A stretch of 64,000 nt of DNA, from assembly GCA_964016885.1 (NCBI GenBank), contig OZ024752.1:62001-126000 (forward strand), written 5' to 3'. The stretch is from Eledone cirrhosa. Lineage: Eukaryota. Under the pieces are notes generated by a model. That model saw nothing but the letters and a program-made list of their open reading frames with translations, had not been told where the DNA came from and did not search any database. Positions 56,327-64,000 of the stretch are shown here, piece after piece. Every line of letters starts with the position of its first letter. The first letter of the stretch is position 1. A program made the position numbers and the translations under genes.

Positions 56327-56469
56327 CACATGTATGTATATATGTATATATGTATGTATGCATGTATATATGTATATATGTATGCATGTATATATGTATA
56401 TATGTATGTATGTATATATGTATTATGTATGTATGTATGTATGTTTGTATGTATGTATGTATGTATGTA

Positions 56470-57076
56470 GGTCACCAGTTGGTGCTACTGGTAACATGTA
56501 CCCCAGTACAACCTGTCCTATGGTCGGGTCGTTGGCGACTAAACTGGCAACCCCACCAAGGTTTCTTGGTGAGGAGGGTGACTTTGGACATCCTGCAGGA
56601 CTAAAAACAAAACCTGTCAAAGGGCAAAGGAGCTCTTAAGAGTCAATGGCCATCCAAAATCACCGGGAGAGATTGACCCCTTAGCCTTTGTTAAGGCAGA
56701 ATTCTAGGAGAAGGAAAACTCTGATATAATACCTGCAACCCTGATGGTATCCGATGATGTTGACTTGTTCTTCTTTTTGTTAAATATCATCTTGGTTAAG
56801 AGAGTGGGACTGGCTTTGTGCAGTGCCTTTGCTCACTATAAAAGCTTCACGGCACAGGCATTGCTTTATATCTGGAGATCTCTCTGCACTTGTCATCACA
56901 TGGTACCATGGACCGAGCACTATGTGTCAATAATTGTCACAAGTGTAGTGTTTGTATCCGAGTTTTCAAGTCTCTGGCTGGACTAAAAAGTCACACTCGT
57001 TCAGCGCATCGGTAAGGGTTCTCCTACATGGATATAAAGTAGTGGCCGTACTCGAAAACGAGTTGGCAGCCACCAT
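56470..57076 (+). mobile_element. Second full copy of the bipartite RTE-derived element, in (TATG)n
   Basis: Colinear and near-identical to 871-1476 with the same 5' start GGTCACC. Confidence 0.8.
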
Positions 57077-57540
57077 ATTTGTATGTATCATGTATGTATG
57101 TATATATATATGTATATATGTATTATGTATGTATATATATATGTAAATATGTATGTTTTATGTATGTATGTATATATATATATGTATGTTTTATGTATGT
57201 ATGTATATATATATATGTATATATGTATGTATGCTTCCTTCTGTTATCAGATACAGAATATTTAATAAACAGAGCTTGCCTTGTTCAGAAAACTTTTTCT
57301 GACGACAACAACAACAACAACAACAACAACAACAGCGACATGAACAACAACAACAACACCACCACTACCAACAACAGTAACTGTAGTAGTAGTAGCAGCA
57401 GTAGTAGAGAAACTAACATAGTCTAAACACGTACCAAACTCTCAAACAACATCTTTTAACACCATGATTACTATAATGATGATGATCGTCATCATTATCC
57501 TTATTATCACTCATTAGTCACTTTCATCATATAGCGTTTA

Positions 57541-58050
57541 ACACCACCGGCATAACCACCAGCACCACCCACCAACACCACCACCATCTCACCCACCACC
57601 ACCACCATCTCACCCACCAACACCACCGTCTCACCCGCCAACACCACCATCTCACCCACCAACACCACCGGCATAACCACCAGCACCACCCACCAACACC
57701 ACCATCTCACCCACCAACACCACCGGCATAACCACCAGCACCACCCACCAACACCACCATCTCACCCGCCAACACCACCATCTCACCCACCAACACCACC
57801 GGCATAACCACCAGCACCACCCATCAACACCACCATCTCACCCACCAACACCACCGACATAACCACCGTAACCATCATCTCCCACCCAGCACCACCGTCC
57901 CCCCAACACCACCCACCCTCTCCCCACCATAACCACCCTCTCCCACTGTCTACCCTCTCCCCCCAACACCACCATCACCCCACCAACACCACCGTCTCCC
58001 CCACCAATAACACCCTCTCCCCACCATAACCACCATCTCCCCCGCCCACT
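57541..58050. repeat. CAC-rich minisatellite
   Basis: Recurring CACCAACACCACCATCTCACC and GGCATAACCACCAGCACC units. Confidence 0.85.
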
Positions 58051-58147
58051 ACTACTACTACTACTACTGTGAGTAATTACCTGTCAATGAAAGAGACTGC
58101 CCCAAAACGAAAATTAAAAGGGCCGAGATGGAATTGTTATGAAAGTT

Positions 58148-58810
58148 TGTATGTGTGTATGTGTGTATGTGTATGTATGTGTGTGTATGTGTGTGCGTGT
58201 ATGTGTGTATGTATGTGTATGTATGTGTATGTGTGTGTATGTGTTTGTATGTGTGTGTATGTGTTTGTATGTGTATGTATGCATGTATATGCGTGTGTGT
58301 GTATGTGCGTGTGTGTGTGTGTATGTGTGTATATGTGTATGTGTGTATGTGTATGTATGTGTGTATGTGTGTGTGTGTATGTATGTGTGTATATGTGTGT
58401 ATGTGTATGTGTGTATGTGTGTGTATATGTGTGTATGGGTATATGAGAATGAAAGCGTTTGTAATCTGTACAAGTGTGTGTGTGTGTGTGCAACTGTAAG
58501 CTTGTGATGTGTGTGTGAGTATATACGTGTGTGTGTGAGTGTTAGTGAGTACGTGTGTATGTGTGTGTGTAAAAGTATTTGTTGTGTGTGATGTGTGTGG
58601 AAATAAGAGGTGAAGGAAAGCAATAACTATTAACATGTGCGTGTGTATGTATGTGCGCGTGTGTTTATGTGTGTGTGTGCGTGCGTGCAGCGTTTCACAG
58701 AAAGTAAAAACTATCAACATGTGTGAGTGTGTGCGTGTGTGTAAGTGCACGGGTGCGTGTGTAAGTTTTCGTGCGTGTGCGCGTTTCAATGCGTGTATGT
58801 GTGTGTACGT
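58148..58810. repeat. (TG)n/(TATGTG)n microsatellite
   Basis: Directly visible. Confidence 0.9.
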
Positions 58811-58951
58811 GCGACATCCCACAATCGCCACGCAGTTTATCTGTCTGTGTGCCTGTCTGTTAGTCTAACATACACAGAGTTGTGAAGGGAGTAAATAGGG
58901 ACCTTTTTTTAAATTGACGGACATCTTTTATTTTAATTATCTGTATCTATA

Positions 58952-59287
58952 TCTACATATAATATAAAAGATTGGAACTTACATCATCCTTTTGAGAAAC
59001 GTGGAACAACCACGTCTATGCAATGATACACGTTTTACAGTCAGGCAGAAGATAAACCATCTCCTAGAGGTCTCTATTCTAGGTGGGAGCACCTAGAATT
59101 GTTCATATTCTATGCACAAACGGTACAACGAAAAATCTGGAAGATTTTCTTTACTGTTTTTTGTATCACACAGACACCACAGACTTGCCTCATACTGTAA
59201 CCAGACAAACATCCAATACAGTTATTTTCTCTTTACCTGTCTTCTGTTATCATCTGTTTACCCGGGCGAAGCTGGGTACGTCAGCTA

Positions 59288-59288
<1 letters not shown>
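58952..59288 (+). mobile_element. Non-autonomous Helitron-like element
   Basis: A|TCTACATATAATATAAAAG start; subterminal hairpin CCCGG-GCGAAG-CTGGG; CTAG|T end; no TSD. Confidence 0.8.
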
Positions 59289-59334
<46 letters not shown>

Positions 59335-59338
59335 ATAT

Positions 59339-59370
<32 letters not shown>

Positions 59371-59431
59371 ATATTATATATATATATATATATATTATAT
59401 AATATTATATATATATATTATATATATATAT

Positions 59432-59465
<34 letters not shown>

Positions 59466-59467
59466 AT

Positions 59468-59539
<72 letters not shown>

Positions 59540-59961
59540 ATATATTATATATATATATATATTATATATATATATATAATATATATATATATATAATATA
59601 TATATATATATTATATATATATTATATATATATATATTATATATATATATATTATATATATATATTATATATATATTATTATATATATATATTATATATA
59701 TATATATTATATATATATATTATATATATATATATATATTATATTATATATATATATATTATATATATATTATATATATATATTATATATATATATTATA
59801 TATATATTATATATATATATTATATATATATATTATATATATATATTATATTATATATATATATTATATATATATATTATATATATATTATATATATATA
59901 TTATATATTATATTATATATATATTATATATATATATTATATATATATTATATATATATAT

Positions 59962-59995
<34 letters not shown>

Positions 59996-60346
59996 ATTAT
60001 ATATATATATTATATATATATATATTATATATATATATATTATATATATTATATATATATATTATATATATATATATTATATATATATATTATATATATA
60101 TATATTATATATATATATTATATATATATATTATATATATATATTATATATATATTATATATATATATTATATATATTATATATATATATTATATATAAT
60201 ATTATATATATATATTATATATATATTATATATATATTATATATATATATTATATATATATTATATATATATTATATAATATTATATATATATTATATAT
60301 ATATTATATATATATTATATATATTATATATATATTATATATATAT

Positions 60347-60377
<31 letters not shown>

Positions 60378-60422
60378 TATATATATATATAATAATATAT
60401 ATATTATATATATATATTTATA

Positions 60423-60504
<82 letters not shown>

Positions 60505-60509
60505 AATAT

Positions 60510-60553
<44 letters not shown>

Positions 60554-60554
60554 T

Positions 60555-60637
<83 letters not shown>

Positions 60638-60655
60638 TATATATTATATATATAG

Positions 60656-60687
<32 letters not shown>

Positions 60688-60701
60688 ATATTATATATAT
60701 A

Positions 60702-60749
<48 letters not shown>

Positions 60750-60851
60750 TATATATACTATATATAATATATATATATTATATATATTATATATATAATA
60801 TATATATATTATATATATATATAATATATATATATTATATATATATATTAT

Positions 60852-60899
<48 letters not shown>

Positions 60900-60907
60900 A
60901 TAATTAT

Positions 60908-60975
<68 letters not shown>

Positions 60976-60985
60976 ATATACTATA

Positions 60986-61017
<32 letters not shown>

Positions 61018-61028
61018 TATATTATATA

Positions 61029-61060
<32 letters not shown>

Positions 61061-61217
61061 TATATTATATATATATATATAATATATTTATATTATATAT
61101 ATATATAATATATATATATATAATATATATATTATATATATATATATATATTATATATATTTATATATATATAATATATATAATATATATATATATATTA
61201 TATATATATATATATAT

Positions 61218-61251
<34 letters not shown>

Positions 61252-61252
61252 A

Positions 61253-61291
<39 letters not shown>

Positions 61292-61325
61292 TATATATAT
61301 ATTATATTATATATATATATTATAA
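59289..61325. repeat. (TA)n/(TATAT)n tract
   Basis: Directly visible. Confidence 0.95.
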
Positions 61326-61525
61326 NNNNNNNNNNNNNNNNNNNNNNNNNNNNNNNNNNNNNNNNNNNNNNNNNNNNNNNNNNNNNNNNNNNNNNNNNNN
61401 NNNNNNNNNNNNNNNNNNNNNNNNNNNNNNNNNNNNNNNNNNNNNNNNNNNNNNNNNNNNNNNNNNNNNNNNNNNNNNNNNNNNNNNNNNNNNNNNNNNN
61501 NNNNNNNNNNNNNNNNNNNNNNNNN
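61326..61525. other. Assembly gap (200 N)
   Basis: Run of N. Confidence 1.
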
Positions 61526-61545
61526 TTTAATTATCTGTATCTATA

Positions 61546-61882
61546 TCTACATATAATATAAAAGATTGGAACTTACATCATCCTTTTGAGAAACGTGGAA
61601 CAACCACGTCTATGCAATGATACACGTTTTACAGTCAGGCAGAAGATAAACCATCTCCTAGAGGTCTCTATTCTAGGTGGGAGCACCTAGAATTGTTCAT
61701 ATTCTATGCACAAACGGTACAACGAAAAATCTGGAAGATTTTCTTTACTGTTTTTTGTATCACACAGACACCACAGACTTGCCTCATACTGTAACCAGAC
61801 AAACATCCAATACAGTTATTTTCTCTTTTACCTGTCTTCTGTTATCATCTGTTTACCCGGGCGAAGCTGGGTACGTCAGCTA

Positions 61883-61883
<1 letters not shown>
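61546..61883 (+). mobile_element. Duplicate of the Helitron-like element
   Basis: Identical to 58952-59288 except one extra T; upstream flank also duplicated. Confidence 0.8.

Positions 61884-64000
<2,117 letters not shown>

Overview
Eukaryotic, extremely repeat-rich DNA with no recognisable host exon. The SINE families, the retroelement mix and the (TA)n/(TG)n/(TATG)n load resemble an octopus-type cephalopod genome (inference). Most of the ORF track is microsatellite artefact. Coding sequence is all transposon-derived: one intact 1130-aa R4/Dong-like RT plus restriction-like-endonuclease ORF (35027-38419) with decayed relatives, a frameshifted Tx1/L1-like LINE (about 17966-22777), and CRE-like, second R4-like, Neptune-type Penelope GIY-YIG and mariner remnants. 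Non-coding elements include tRNA-type SINEs, a bipartite RTE-derived element, MITEs and a non-autonomous Helitron duplicated across a 200-N gap. The main hidden signal is a set of sequence-unrelated, 90-700 bp non-coding elements embedded in (TA)n tracts. They carry type I hammerhead ribozyme motifs: four with complete cores and all three stems, and several degenerate or half motifs. Many also share a TGAGTRC motif 40-60 nt before the (TA)n junction, and several have fold-back inversions that turn around inside the ribozyme core or stem II. They look like non-autonomous Penelope-like or retrozyme-like elements. Different retroelement groups also appear to partition the microsatellite types and strands. 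All structures were read by eye and need computational confirmation.
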